Assembly: GCA_051362555.1 (NCBI GenBank)
Contig: CM120640.1
Location: forward strand, 32,259,967-32,323,966
Source of the DNA: Lingula anatina
Lineage: Eukaryota; Animalia; Brachiopoda
Length of the DNA: 64,000 nt
Direction of reading: 5' to 3'
Position numbers and translations under genes: made by a program. Shown piece after piece: positions 36,338 to 47,660 of the stretch. Positions within the stretch are counted from its first letter, which is position 1. Every line of letters starts with the position of its first letter. A model generated the notes under the pieces. It did no database searches. It had not been told where the DNA came from and saw only the letters and a list, made by a program, of their open reading frames with translations.

Positions 36338-39173
36338 CTGCAACAGAAGTCATTGTACCCATTAAAATTGTTATATGCGTGTCCAGACCAAAATTATTTC
36401 AGTAGTTTAATTAGGTTCCTTTCTTCATATATTGTTAAAGGGATAATAACTCTTCATATGAAATCTGTATTTCACAATAAAAACATTGTGAGTGACTCAT
36501 AAAAATATAATATATTCTGTTTTCCCACAAAAACGGCTGTTATAGCTATTATTCTGATATCTGAGCTTGTCTTTAGACCACGTGACCTCCATTGATGGCT
36601 ATACTCTGTTAAAATCTCTTAAGAGATTTTAACAAAAAACCAAACTTTTTAGAAAAAAACCAGGGACTAACTTTGAATGTAAAAATGGATTCATTAACCA
36701 TTGGTAAGTATGGGAAAATTGTTGTTTACTCCAGGAAAATTCATTTTTTGGCCGAAACGAAGAGTTATTATCACTTTAATGAAATGACCTAGAGAAAAAA
36801 AACTAATCCAATGCCTGTTCAGTACTTCTTAGAGGACAAAAGTTATGTTCTTCATCTAAGTCAGTTGATGGGTATCATCATCACAGGCAAAATCTATTCA
36901 TTGCTATATTAGTTGTTATTTTAAAACATTTCCTACTTACTGCATCCATAACTCCAGCTGTCAAGCTATAAACTGCCTCGGAATTGCTTTCTCCTTGCCT
37001 TAACAATGCCACATCATCAATGGAAAATGCATCTTCTGCAAGGCAAAATTCCAAAAACTGTCACAGCTGTATAACTTAAAAATCTTGATTGCAATATAAT
37101 TTACATACACATTATAATAATATAAGAAGGCATGTATGGAATATAAGGGTACAAAATGAGTCTTTAACGCAAATAAAGCATTCACACTACCCATTTTTAT
37201 CAATTAGTAATACACGGTCATAATTCTTTCACCTAAATTTTTACTATTTAAAATGACTGTGTGCAATTCAATAAAAAAATGTACAACATAATTTGTCATC
37301 TACATAATTCATAAATTGTACTGCAGTTATTGGGCCACCTTACCAAACACATCCTCCTCTGTCTGATCTGGTTCCATGGGTTCATTGGCATCAGAGAAGA
37401 CGCAGGTCATCTGCAAAATGGTACCTCCCTTTGACAATTCCACCGAAAACATGGGTCTGGAAACCAGCTATAAAATAAAAGTTTACAGTAATTTTCATAT
37501 CACTTGCTTCATAAAAAGAAATGATAAACAAAATAAGCTATGTTAGTGCAGTACTTAAGGATCTTATCTGTTACGAGACTTTTTTAATACTACAAACCTA
37601 TGCACTGAGTCACTTCTTAATGCTTGCATAAGTTTGCAGAGTTTCCAGAAGATCATATGAAGTGTAATTCAACTTCTTATACCTAAAAGTTATAAGAGCT
37701 TTCCAATGAAACCAGTGGTAAATGAAAGCACACGTGACAGCTCACTAGCTTTTTAAATGCCATCAGTCAGCCTATTGTTGATAATCACTATAAAATTCAC
37801 AGACCAATGTCCTAATTTATTTACAAATGAATTCTCGAAACATTTTTGTCAGAAATGAATAAAAGTGCAATATTAAATCTTTATAGGGCCACCCACCTCT
37901 GGCTCTTCTTCCTTTTCAGCAACATCACCCTCTTCTGAATATGTATCATCAAAATTGCTATCAACTGAATGATTTACATTGAACTTCACTGTTATCCTAA
38001 AATAAAATACCTTAAATGTATAAGAACATCTCTTGGCTTGTTGACGTTGCCCTATAGTTTGTTACAAGCCATATATTTTAAGCTAGTGTTCATCAAATAA
38101 ATGATGTGGAAAAAAACAATTATAATTACAACATGATTGTTCATTTATTATTTTATTTAAATTCACTGACGCAAGCTTAATAGTTAGCCCTTACTGATTA
38201 ATATAGCAGCAAACTGTGTTATGTTGAAAACCAACATTTTAAAATGCTTCTTATCATGTAAATATACATTCAATGCAACATCAAAAAAAGCTTTATGTGT
38301 ACTTACGTTTCATCTCCTCTCATTTTTTTCAGTATAACATTGCAGCCGTTGCATTCTGTTTCCCAACCAGGCATGGACTCCTTGCCTTTACCTTTGGCTC
38401 CCATTTCCTTCTCAATTTTAATCTCACTAGCCAAATATTCAGACATTGCTTGGTCCGCTGTAGAATTAAGGTGTTTAAAAAATGATCATATAGTGAAGAG
38501 ACACAGATGGCAAATTGATTAAATGGATTTATTGGTTTTTAATCAAATGGGTTTGCTGTCTGATCAGTACTTCTTGGAGGAAAATATTGATACACTTCAC
38601 TTTTTTCAGAAATACAAGCAACTTATCACCACAGACAGAAGTAGAGCAAATCATAACTTTGGCAATAAAAAATAAAACAAGATTTCTGTTAGAAATTAGC
38701 TGATGTCTGCGATATACTAAGTAAATGATAATAAATATTTCCACCTAGTTATCACAGTAAACGGTTTACTGTTTACTAAACCTAAGGCCAACATGACAAC
38801 AGCACTCTCAGTCTCAAAATCAATCTTTTGTACATAAGCAAAGCTACAGTACACGCAGTGCCCTGCAATGCTAATGGTTACGTCAGCCAATATAAGACGC
38901 AGATACCTTGTTTTCCAACAATATCAGTTTTAAAAGTAAAGTAACAGGTTCCCTCTTACCTTCAGACTGTGCACATCTTGTCTGAATCCAACTGTTTCTG
39001 ATGCTATTTGATGTTGTCAGTATCTGTGAACGTTGCCGCAGACCCACGTGGGAAACCTGTCGACTTGGAATAAGACTTACATGGGCGACTCTTCCTGGGG
39101 TTCTTGTTGCAATAGCTGTGGAGAAAATACTCCTGGAAACGCCATTAAAACGAAAACACATCTTTGAAATCAT
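36191..39173 (-). CDS. C1QBP: Complement C1q-binding protein, mitochondrial (p32/gC1qR, MAM33 family); 6 exons, 831 nt, 276 aa
   Basis: Arg/Ser-rich, acid-poor N-terminal presequence followed by an acidic MAM33 domain (YLASEIKIEK, GWETECNG, ITVKFNVNHS, LVSRPMFSVE, FSIDDV, YEHKQYISFLEGLKAF); GT-AG boundaries and consistent phases. Confidence 0.94.
36435..36779 (-). mobile_element. Same TTAA MITE family, inverted copy in C1QBP intron 5
   Basis: Reverse complement of 818-1161 over its full length, flanked by TTAA. Confidence 0.88.
36812..36889 (-). ncRNA. SNORD61: Box C/D snoRNA, SNORD61/U61-like, in C1QBP intron 5
   Basis: Minus strand reads TGCCTGT-G-ATGATGA(C)-TACCCATCAA-CTGA(D')-CTTAG-ATGAAGA(C')-ACATAACTTTTGTCCTCTAAGAAGTA-CTGA(D)-ACAGGCA. 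It has a 7-bp terminal stem, is sense to the host, and its guide is complementary to the conserved 18S segment ACUUCUUAGAGG. The 3' half matches recalled human U61 (TTTTGTCCTCTAAGAAGTTCTGA). Confidence 0.9.
36941..37035 (-). CDS. C1QBP: C1QBP exon 5
   Basis: CAG|(E)DAFSIDDVALLRQGESNSEAVYSLTAGVMDA|GTAAG; tandem CAGAAG acceptor. Confidence 0.9.
37344..37467 (-). CDS. C1QBP: C1QBP exon 4
   Basis: TAG|LVSRPMFSVELSKGGTILQMTCVFSDANEPMEPDQTEEDVF|GTAAG. Confidence 0.92.
37897..37996 (-). CDS. C1QBP: C1QBP exon 3
   Basis: TAG|ITVKFNVNHSVDSNFDDTYSEEGDVAEKEEEPE|GT. Confidence 0.92.
38307..38457 (-). CDS. C1QBP: C1QBP exon 2
   Basis: CAG|DQAMSEYLASEIKIEKEMGAKGKGKESMPGWETECNGCNVILKKMRGDE(T)|GTAAG. Confidence 0.92.
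38556..38638 (-). ncRNA. SNORD61: Second, diverged SNORD61-like box C/D snoRNA (possibly decaying) in C1QBP intron 1
   Basis: Minus strand reads CTGTCTG-TG-GTGATAA(variant C)-GTTGCTTGTATTT-CTGA(D')-AAAAA-GTGAAGT(C')-GTATCAATATTTT-CCTCCAAGAAGTA-CTGA(D)-T-CAGACAG. It has a 7-bp stem, its guide differs from copy 1 by one base, and it ends ~100 nt upstream of the 3' splice site. Confidence 0.72.
38960..39173 (-). CDS. C1QBP: C1QBP exon 1 (mitochondrial targeting peptide)
   Basis: MISKMCFRFNGVSRSIFSTAIATRTPGR...IQTRCAQSE(A)|GTAAG. Confidence 0.88.
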
Positions 39174-40536
39174 TGTGTCGGTATTTGAGTGGATTTTAAT
39201 GATTTACACCTCGATTTACTAACAGCGTGCTCGTGCAGGAAAGTAGATATACTAGATATACGCATGTGCAATAACGTTTCTTTCAATCCTCCACTAAAAA
39301 GAGTTCCTACATGTCCCAACCATCCTCTGCAGTAGGCGTAATGTCGGTAAAACGACAAACATTAAAAACAATCATTAAAATACCACATAGGATAGGAGTT
39401 ATATATAAAAAAACCAAAATCAAAGCTTAGTTTTGAATTAATCGTGGTCATATATGCTTAGACTATAAAACCGAACGATGACTGAATTTTATTGGGTAGC
39501 CACCAGCACGATTCCTTGCGATTTTTTACCGGCCAAAATGAAGTTTCCTAGAAAAATCGGAAATTAAAAACAATTTTGCCTTTTCAAAAATTAGGCCCTA
39601 CAGCTCTACCCGTCTTTGCACTTGGATTCGATGTTTTATCGGCCATTTTATTCCATTTCGATTTATAATGATTGAAGTCATTTTAGTTCTAGCTGGTAGG
39701 TGTGTACCCAAATCCCGTAGGGCTACGTGTCGTAGGGAACTTTATCGACGCCAGGTAGGCCCCTTTTATTTGAGTTTTTTTTTTAATTAATTTTTAAGGT
39801 CTGAATTGGGAAATTAAGAAGATGTGTAGCTTTGCAGGAAATCTACTACTGTAGAAGACTAAGGCCTACATGTAGAAACTGTGACTTTGGGAAAGGGTCA
39901 AACGCTTAGGCCTATATTAGGCCTACAGTAGCTTTCAAGGAAAAAGGCGGTCAAACCAGGGAATTATATTAAAACAAAATCAAACTAGCTTATTTTATTT
40001 TATTTTATTTTATTTCAAACAACAGGCAAATTTGCAGTTGGTTACAAAAGCACCATGCTATCTAGAACATAACACCTCTCCCTCTATGTTACATAGACTA
40101 ATATTGAAAGTCACCTGTCAGCGGGCGCTATTATACGCCAATTATTCTATGCTGGAGATGACAGGAGAAAGTGTACACAAATGATGTTGCCATATGCTTG
40201 TAGGCCTACTTGTATTAATTAAATCACGTTAAAAAGAGGTTATAAAATATATGCCTCTGAACACAACACAAAGTTTTTTATTTAATTTTGTGGGATCGAT
40301 CCGAGAAAGCCAGGCGGTTTCGGCTTGGTTTGAACGCAAATGCCATTATAGCAAAGTGGACAATAAAGTCCCGTGTTGCCACAGTATTGCATTAGTTGTG
40401 CCCAGTTGGACATCTTATGATCCTCTTAACTAAAACATTAAGGGCCCGTTTCACAAAAGCATTTTCTTCAAGTCCAGACAATATATAGTTGGGGATGTAA
40501 TCTACACCTTGGCTGCAAGGGGGGTGGGGGGGGGGG

Positions 40537-40675
40537 GGGCGTAGGAATAGTCCGAAGGTTCATTGGTCTGAATGTTCACTATAGAACCTTGGGACAAATG
40601 AACCCTTGATTAAAAAACTGATGACAATGTTACCATTTTTTCGGACCAATGAACCCTCGGACTTTCGAGACGCCC
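40537..40675. mobile_element. Short MITE with ~35-bp imperfect terminal inverted repeats
   Basis: gggcgtaggaatagtccgaaggttcattggtctgaa versus ttcggaccaatgaaccctcggactttcgagacgccc. Confidence 0.62.
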
Positions 40676-43352
40676 TCACTGCGGCAGAAAGATATGTGCC
40701 CCTCGTGGTACGTCAAGATTTTGCAACCCCTGCTCACCTTCGTGCCAGATAGTCGGCACTTTTTCTGCCCCACTGCATTTGTTACCGACATTCATTGCTT
40801 TATCTGGCCTTTGCATGTATAACTGGCCTACAACCGCCCCATATATCAGAATGATGTCTTTTTTTTTTTTTTTTTTACGCCAGGCCAAGATTACGAAAAT
40901 ATTTGTCTTAAGTGTCGAGATACTTATGTGGGCTTTACTCGGCCATTTTCTCTAGTAGTGCAAGGGACTTGGAAATGTCCAATTGAATTGACCAATGCCC
41001 ATGAATAACTGGGGAAATCTACGTAAACGTAAAGAAATTAACAGTTTAATGCAAGAAGCTACGTTATTTTGGTGAGTACTGCACGTTTCCATAGCAATTC
41101 AAGCGCAACGCACGACCTTACGTTGAAAGCTAACAGTAGTTGGCATAACAATAAAGCAGTGCGTGTTAATAACTATCAGTTAATTAAAAGCAACCTACCA
41201 GGGATTTCCTCACCAAAACGACTATGCTTATATATCTTCAACTGATGCCTTGTAGAAATTATAAGCACTATATATCTTGATCAGGTTTTGGTGAATAAAA
41301 TAGCCGGAAAGAGTTAGAGCATTGCCTGTTTTCACCGAGCCATTACCGCATATTAAAATCACACTAAGTTTAGCATTACTCCCTTAATGGGACCGCATAC
41401 GAGGAAAATTCCGAACTTCCCTATTATTTGACCCTTAAAGATTCGAATTATTCACGGACCATCACTCCTAGATTTCCCTTTAGATATATGTTTTGGAAGC
41501 CGAATCCATCATCAGTTCATTTCAGCATTCACTTTGTGTTAAATGCAATTTTTTAGCAGCGGGTAGTCATTTGATACTTTAAAAGGATGGAACGCGTCTT
41601 TGGACATTATCACAGGACATACAGAAAACAGGAACACGCAAGGCAGTGAATATCAAATATATTCGATGTATAAAGCATGCGATTTTAATGCCCTGTACGG
41701 GGTACCTGCTAAAGGCAGTTGGTGAGTTTCATTTAAATTCGAGTAACAACACAGTGTGCTCTTTTTTTCCATAGTTTCCTCTGGCCTAAAATGCTTTCGT
41801 TCATACAGTTAAAAGTGCATGTACACTGCATTCACCTGGAATGCTACTATGAATCCGCCACATAATGTGATTTGATATGAATCAATGCAGTTTACATCAG
41901 CAAATTTATTCCACTTTTCGAACATGCTGAAGTTAAAGGAAGGCTTACTCTATATACGGAGTTAACCTGCCAAGATGATTTGAAAATAAAACACTTTTCT
42001 CCTACTCAAGGCTCATTATTCGACCCGTTCCGACACTTGGATTCAATGTTTTATTCCATTTTTAACCTGATGATTTAGTTTTAAATTGCTGGCCAGTCTT
42101 CATGTACATTTCAGAAGGAACTATCTACTAACTACTGTTGTAAAGCAAATTACTTACGCTTTCACTAATTGCAGATAACAGTTAAAACGGAATCAAAAGA
42201 GTAAAAGGATAGAGAGTTATTGAGTGTAAGTTAAGTTTCACCAAGAGTCAACAAGTGTAGAACATGTTTTTAGTGTCAGAAAAAGATGGAAAAGGTCAAA
42301 GTCAGTAACAGTTAATGTGATTGGTTAATTTCATAACATATTTTAATTTTGATCATCTATTTATCACATGATAACTGCGTTTTGGATAAGGTCCAAGCAT
42401 GAGTAATCCAATTAATATTTTAGATATCTTTAATTGAAAACAAGTCTCTTAGGGATTACCTAATAAGGAAATGTTGCATAGTGACTTGCAACATGCGAAT
42501 GGAAAATATGTAATCACGCAAAGACAATGGAAAAGAGAATAAGTAAATACGTGATCAGTACGGAGAAATTGAGTATAAATATTTGTGAAGTTGTATGAAG
42601 CGAGAGTCGGTGAATAAACATTCAAAAGCTCCAGACTGTTGTCGTTATTCCTCATTATAACACTACTTTTGTTTGATTCTTTTGATTGGGAAAGGTTAGT
42701 GGGTTTACGGGATATGCAAAAAAAAAAAAAAATGACTGGGTAATTTTTAAACGCATACAGTGTTCCTTTAATTTTAGACCAGCCTCTGACGCACAGAACA
42801 TAAACAACATCGAAGTGTTTTGATCAAATATTTAGCTTCATATTGTATTTGGTGACGACTACAGGCGATTGACCCTCCATGTTTCATATAAATTCACCTC
42901 AAATTCTCATTACAACCGTTCTTTTTTTTTTTTTTTTTTTACATAATATGCTAACCTCCCCCTCCCCCGTTCAATAAGCTCTGAAGATAATTTTTCTCCT
43001 AATCCACAGATGAACTGTTATCAGACAGCAATATCAAATCATTGGATGTTTATTCTGACTAGAATAAAACCTCAGTACATTGTACCTAATATAACATTTG
43101 CTTATGTTTTACAGGGTATCTATATCATTGTTCCAAGTCAAGTGGAGGGAGATTTCATTTCTCTCAAACTGAAGCCCTGCATGCTTGGACTGAAGTAATT
43201 CTAACAGGGCATCGTGATTCAATGAAATAAACTATCATTACGAAAAAAGACTGGCTATTGAAGTAATAGAAATAATAGCTTTTCTTTTCAAAATGCAGGG
43301 TTTCCCACTCTTTAAGCCGGAAATAACACTGAGCTTTAAACAGCGTTGATTG

Positions 43353-43454
43353 TTGAAGGAATAACAGCTGTTCAGTTTGGTCAAAAATGGATTTTCTTGG
43401 AGTAAACGCCAATTTTCCCATAGGAATCCGTATCAACATTCAGATTTAGTCCAT

Positions 43455-43496
<42 letters not shown>

Positions 43497-43730
43497 CGTT
43501 TTTTTAGGTCGGGACTTTTTATTTTTGTAATAATATAATCCCTTTAGAGATTATTACAGAGTATAGCCATCTATGAAGGTCATTTGGTCCGTGGGAAGGC
43601 AAATATTCCGGAATAATTGCGATAACCGTTGTTTTGGTAGTTAAAAAGAATTTATTATATTTCTGCCAGTTGTTTATAATGTTTTCATTGTGAAATATGA
43701 ATCTCATACAAAGAGTTGTTATCTCTTTAA
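43353..43730 (+). mobile_element. Older diverged copy of the TTAA MITE family with an internal poly-T expansion
   Basis: Collinear similarity to 818-1161 (ggagtaaac..aattttcccata, agagtatagccatc, gaataattgcgataacc, agagttgttatctctttaa). Confidence 0.72.
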
Positions 43731-44878
43731 CTGTGTTGTGCGAAACAGGCATTAACAAGCAATAATGTCGGTACCGTCGTCAAAGTCGTCCGCAGAGCAT
43801 CAGCTTAATGAGAAATATGTCGAAGTAGATCCAACAGGCTGTGTGAAAGTCTTTACATTTTTTCATTATATTCGACGTTAGTTTGCCCCAATTATAAACC
43901 CAGTAAAGTGCACCATGCAAGGATAACCGATTCACTCTGCGATGATAAATTGTAGACCACCGTGCTAATGTCTATAAACATAACGCAAAACGCAAATGAA
44001 TAGGTGATAGATCAGTTCTCTTGGAATTTTCCCTTATTGAAATTATTAAATAAAATGCAGTGGAACGTTAGACCAGTTTTCATTATATACGAGGGTTGGG
44101 TGGCATAACTGTCGCAACCTGTGTATGAAGAGTGTTATTGGCGATTTGGAAGCAGAAGGACTGCCAGAAGCTTGAATTGAACAGTCCCCTTTGGTGGCAT
44201 TAATCTTCTCTTATGAGTCGACCTTCTCTGAGATGACCCTGGCACACAAGCATGTCAAGAATTGATGGATCATTCCTACACAAAAAATGCCTAATTCATA
44301 TTTTGTCAGGATAACTACGCCATTATGAGTTTATACCAAGAAAGAGAAGGGGACTCTTAACATCAGGTGGTTAATCCCGCAAAATACTATTTTTTTATTA
44401 TTAATATATTGTCAAAAGAACACGATGTAAAGATACTTTTTTGCCTACATTTCTGTGATGAGATTTATTACTGTGGATATTTTCAATGAAAAGCAAAATG
44501 AAAGAGTTCAAAGTGTACTGTTTTGTTCTATGGGTAACTTGTTGGAATACTTATGTCAATCCCTGTAAAGTGTAATAATGTTACATGATCTGCCTGATCC
44601 CGAAATGTTCTATTCAGATTATTTGATCACAGAAAGCTTTTAGTGACCCCAAGGGTTGAACATTAAAGGACTGTTTCAGAGGAATGATTGATGGCATGCG
44701 CCTGGTTATTATACAGGAAAGAAGACTCTCGTTTTCCATTGCATTACTTTTAATAGGTGGATGTAAATAATCCAGTACATGTATGAGGAGACAATTGTGA
44801 TTTTCATGGGGCGTTCGAAAGGGTTCACACATGCCAAAATCCACAAATGTTAAGTTTTATTAACTCCAGTCTCTGTAT

Positions 44879-44879
<1 letters not shown>

Positions 44880-44918
<39 letters not shown>
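44880..44918. repeat. (CA)n microsatellite
   Basis: Perfect dinucleotide run. Confidence 0.95.
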
Positions 44919-44921
<3 letters not shown>

Positions 44922-44989
44922 TGCATATGTGGTTTTCCTCTAGGGGAGCAAAACATTTTTGCTGTCTTTATCCCTATGCTAATATATCT

Positions 44990-45156
44990 CAGGCCCGTAG
45001 CCAGCAATTTCAAAGGGGGGTTCTTTTTCTGAAAAAGTGGACCTTTTTCCATAAAAACTTCATGAACCTACATCAAATTTTACCCAGAGTGGACCTTTTC
45101 CCACCAAAAGGGGCGGTTCTTTCGAACCCCCCGAATCCCCCTTGGCTACGGGCCTG
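44990..45156. mobile_element. MITE with CAG...CTG termini and a perfect 5-bp TSD (hAT-like)
   Basis: TATCT-CAGGCCCGTAGCCA ... TGGCTACGGGCCTG-TATCT; 14-bp perfect TIR. Confidence 0.85.
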
Positions 45157-47484
45157 TATCTTATAACCTTTCACACCAGGCTCGCTTATTAGATTTAATC
45201 AGTATTTTTCATACTTACTATTACTCTTAATATGTTGGTAAACAATTCTAAAAGGACAGTAGAGGCCTACAACTGACTGATATCACGTTAGAATAGCTTG
45301 TGCCGTGTTTTGAAGGCTTTCTGAACTTAACCACTTACACTTAACCTTTGCACAGAGTCGTTACATCATCCAAGATAATAAGGGATCCATTAAAGATACG
45401 TGTATCACTGACAAACACGATACATAGACTGACAGTAAAGACTGAGCTATAATGCGTCAGGACAGCTTTGATTTTTCCAACCGCACTCAGGGTTTTCTTT
45501 TACTACTTTAACTAATTGACCGGGTAATCGGAATGATAATCAGAATGACTGACCAGAGTACTTAAGTATACCGTGACCAAAGAACGGTATCACACAGGCA
45601 ATAAAGGTATTCGGTGCGCACGAGACCTATTGAAATTGGCCATTAAAAAAAATCAACAATTTTTATATCCAAGTTAAGTACTGTCCACACCTGAAAATTG
45701 CGGTCGCTAAGCCCGTTTTCAAGTCTTTTAAGATTTAATTAAAATTTTATAATCCTTACGACGAATGACTCAAAATTCTGAAACTTAAAATTCAAAAACA
45801 AATTTATAGAACGTGATTTTGTCAACTTTTTTTGGATATGGTGTGCCTTGATGGGCAGGTATAAAGTGTTGGAATTTCTAGCAAAATACAATATTTATTT
45901 GAAAGTCTAATGGTTTAAGTAATAGACTAACTACAAGTGATTCCTTGAATCTTGTTTAGCTTGCAATGCAGTGTTACGTTTTGGAAAATGGTGTCGAGAG
46001 AAAGCTAGCTAGCTGTAGTAGCCACCAAAACACCTCTTACGTTTCCACGGCATACAAATGCTAAAAATGCTCTTACACTTATCACCCGATGCCATATGCC
46101 TTTATCTCTACCGATAAGGCTGCATGTTCCTCAGAAAGCACCAATTCTTGAAGTCACTTCTGTTTTTACAACCCTAAATGCGCCGTCTTTAAGTGGATAT
46201 TTATTTATTTATCTATTTATTTATTTATTTATTGTCCCACGGGTTTGACATCTGGTGTTTAGAGCTTTTTTATTTTTCAGAGGTGGGTGACGAAGTAACA
46301 GGAGCCCCTGGGGGGCTAAGGGTAATCCCACTCTTGTCTTTTTTTTATTTTTTCATTATGGCTTAAGCACCCCACTCCTTCGAGGACTTGGTTACTACAA
46401 CACCACTGACTGATGCTGAATACTGATGGCAGCTGTGGCGACAAGTAAAACATTTTCAAAACTCTCATTGCTCAACAAAAAATTTCGAGAATTTGGAAAT
46501 AATAAGTAACCCTGGGTCGGTTCATCACTTTCAAGCAATAACTATGGGCATCAATCCTCACAGTTAAACTTGCAGAGAAACCCTGCCGTGCTTTCTACGT
46601 CATCATGTCAGAATACTATGTTTTAGCCTTCAAACAAACTTACGTGTACCATAGACTATATTGTAATGAAATACACCACTGAGGCGGTGATTAAGTACAA
46701 CATATTACAGAAAAATTACAATGAAATACAATACATGTGTAATACAATACAGGTTGAAACATGATGGTATAATGAAAGTTATTGTTTATACTAATTATCC
46801 AACAACAAAGCATCACCAAGTTTGGAAACATTTCTAAATGTAGGCCCTACATAATGACTCGATCGCATTCAGCAAGGCCTGTATGTCCTTAAGTGTTAGC
46901 ATAGCAATAAATTTTTCATTATCGCCTATGTATCGATAGTAAGAGACCCTTTTCATTAGTTGCATATAAATACCAGCTCTCGGATGTATATTTGATACAA
47001 TAGCACGTGAAGTGGAGCGAGCTTAGCTTTCACTTTGCAAAAAGGACACAAACGGTTTTCAGGAAATATTTCCGGATACTCCCAGAATATTGTCTTTTAA
47101 TATCTAAGATATGCGTGTTATTTCTATTCCTGGCTAATGCAGATGTTTTTGAGAAGCACGAGATCCTTTCTTTTTACCTTCTTTTTTTCCTCAAATGTGT
47201 TAACAAGACTTGGAAGTGCTGTTGGTATTTTTGTCATATGTTCTATACCCGTTTTCATTGACAGATTTTCAAAATGGCACATCACTTAGAACACACTAAG
47301 ACCAGTATCTGATTGTTCTGTTGCATTGTTCAATTAATTCAGTAATTCAGTAAGTAGAGTCATAACGTTAGAAACACACAAATCCAGGTTATGTTAATAA
47401 GGGCAGAAATAGTTATTTTTGAAGAGAATTTGACAATGCGTTTATGAACGTTGATGCTACATTTTATTAGTAGATTGTGTTTTC

Positions 47485-47660
47485 AAGGATGAAAACAAGT
47501 GTATAACTAATCCCCCTACCGGTATCCTTTACTATTTTTTTTTCTTTTTTTTTAGTTGAAACATGTCGTACTCAATTGCGCTCTAAAGGACGAAAACAAG
47601 TGTATCACTAATGTACTTAACCTTTACCATTGTTTTTGTGTAATTAGCCGACATATGTCG
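47485..47660. repeat. Two-copy ~100-bp tandem duplication
   Basis: aagga(t/c)gaaaacaagtgtat(a/c)actaat...cctttac...atgtcg occurs twice. Confidence 0.7.

Noticed and set aside
37130-37200. Hairpin with internal loop in C1QBP intron 4 resembling an H/ACA snoRNA half
   Set aside because: Only one hairpin, no clear H box, and pocket-to-ACA spacing is off
37760-37805. GTGATTA...CTGA motif pair in C1QBP intron 3
   Set aside because: Too short, no terminal stem or second box pair, and no recognisable rRNA complementarity
38529-38744. ORF containing GDKLLVFLKK, superficially like the human C1QBP GDKAFVDFL segment
   Set aside because: The true exon 2 is at 38307-38457 with correct phase; this ORF is an incidental translation across the intronic snoRNA copy
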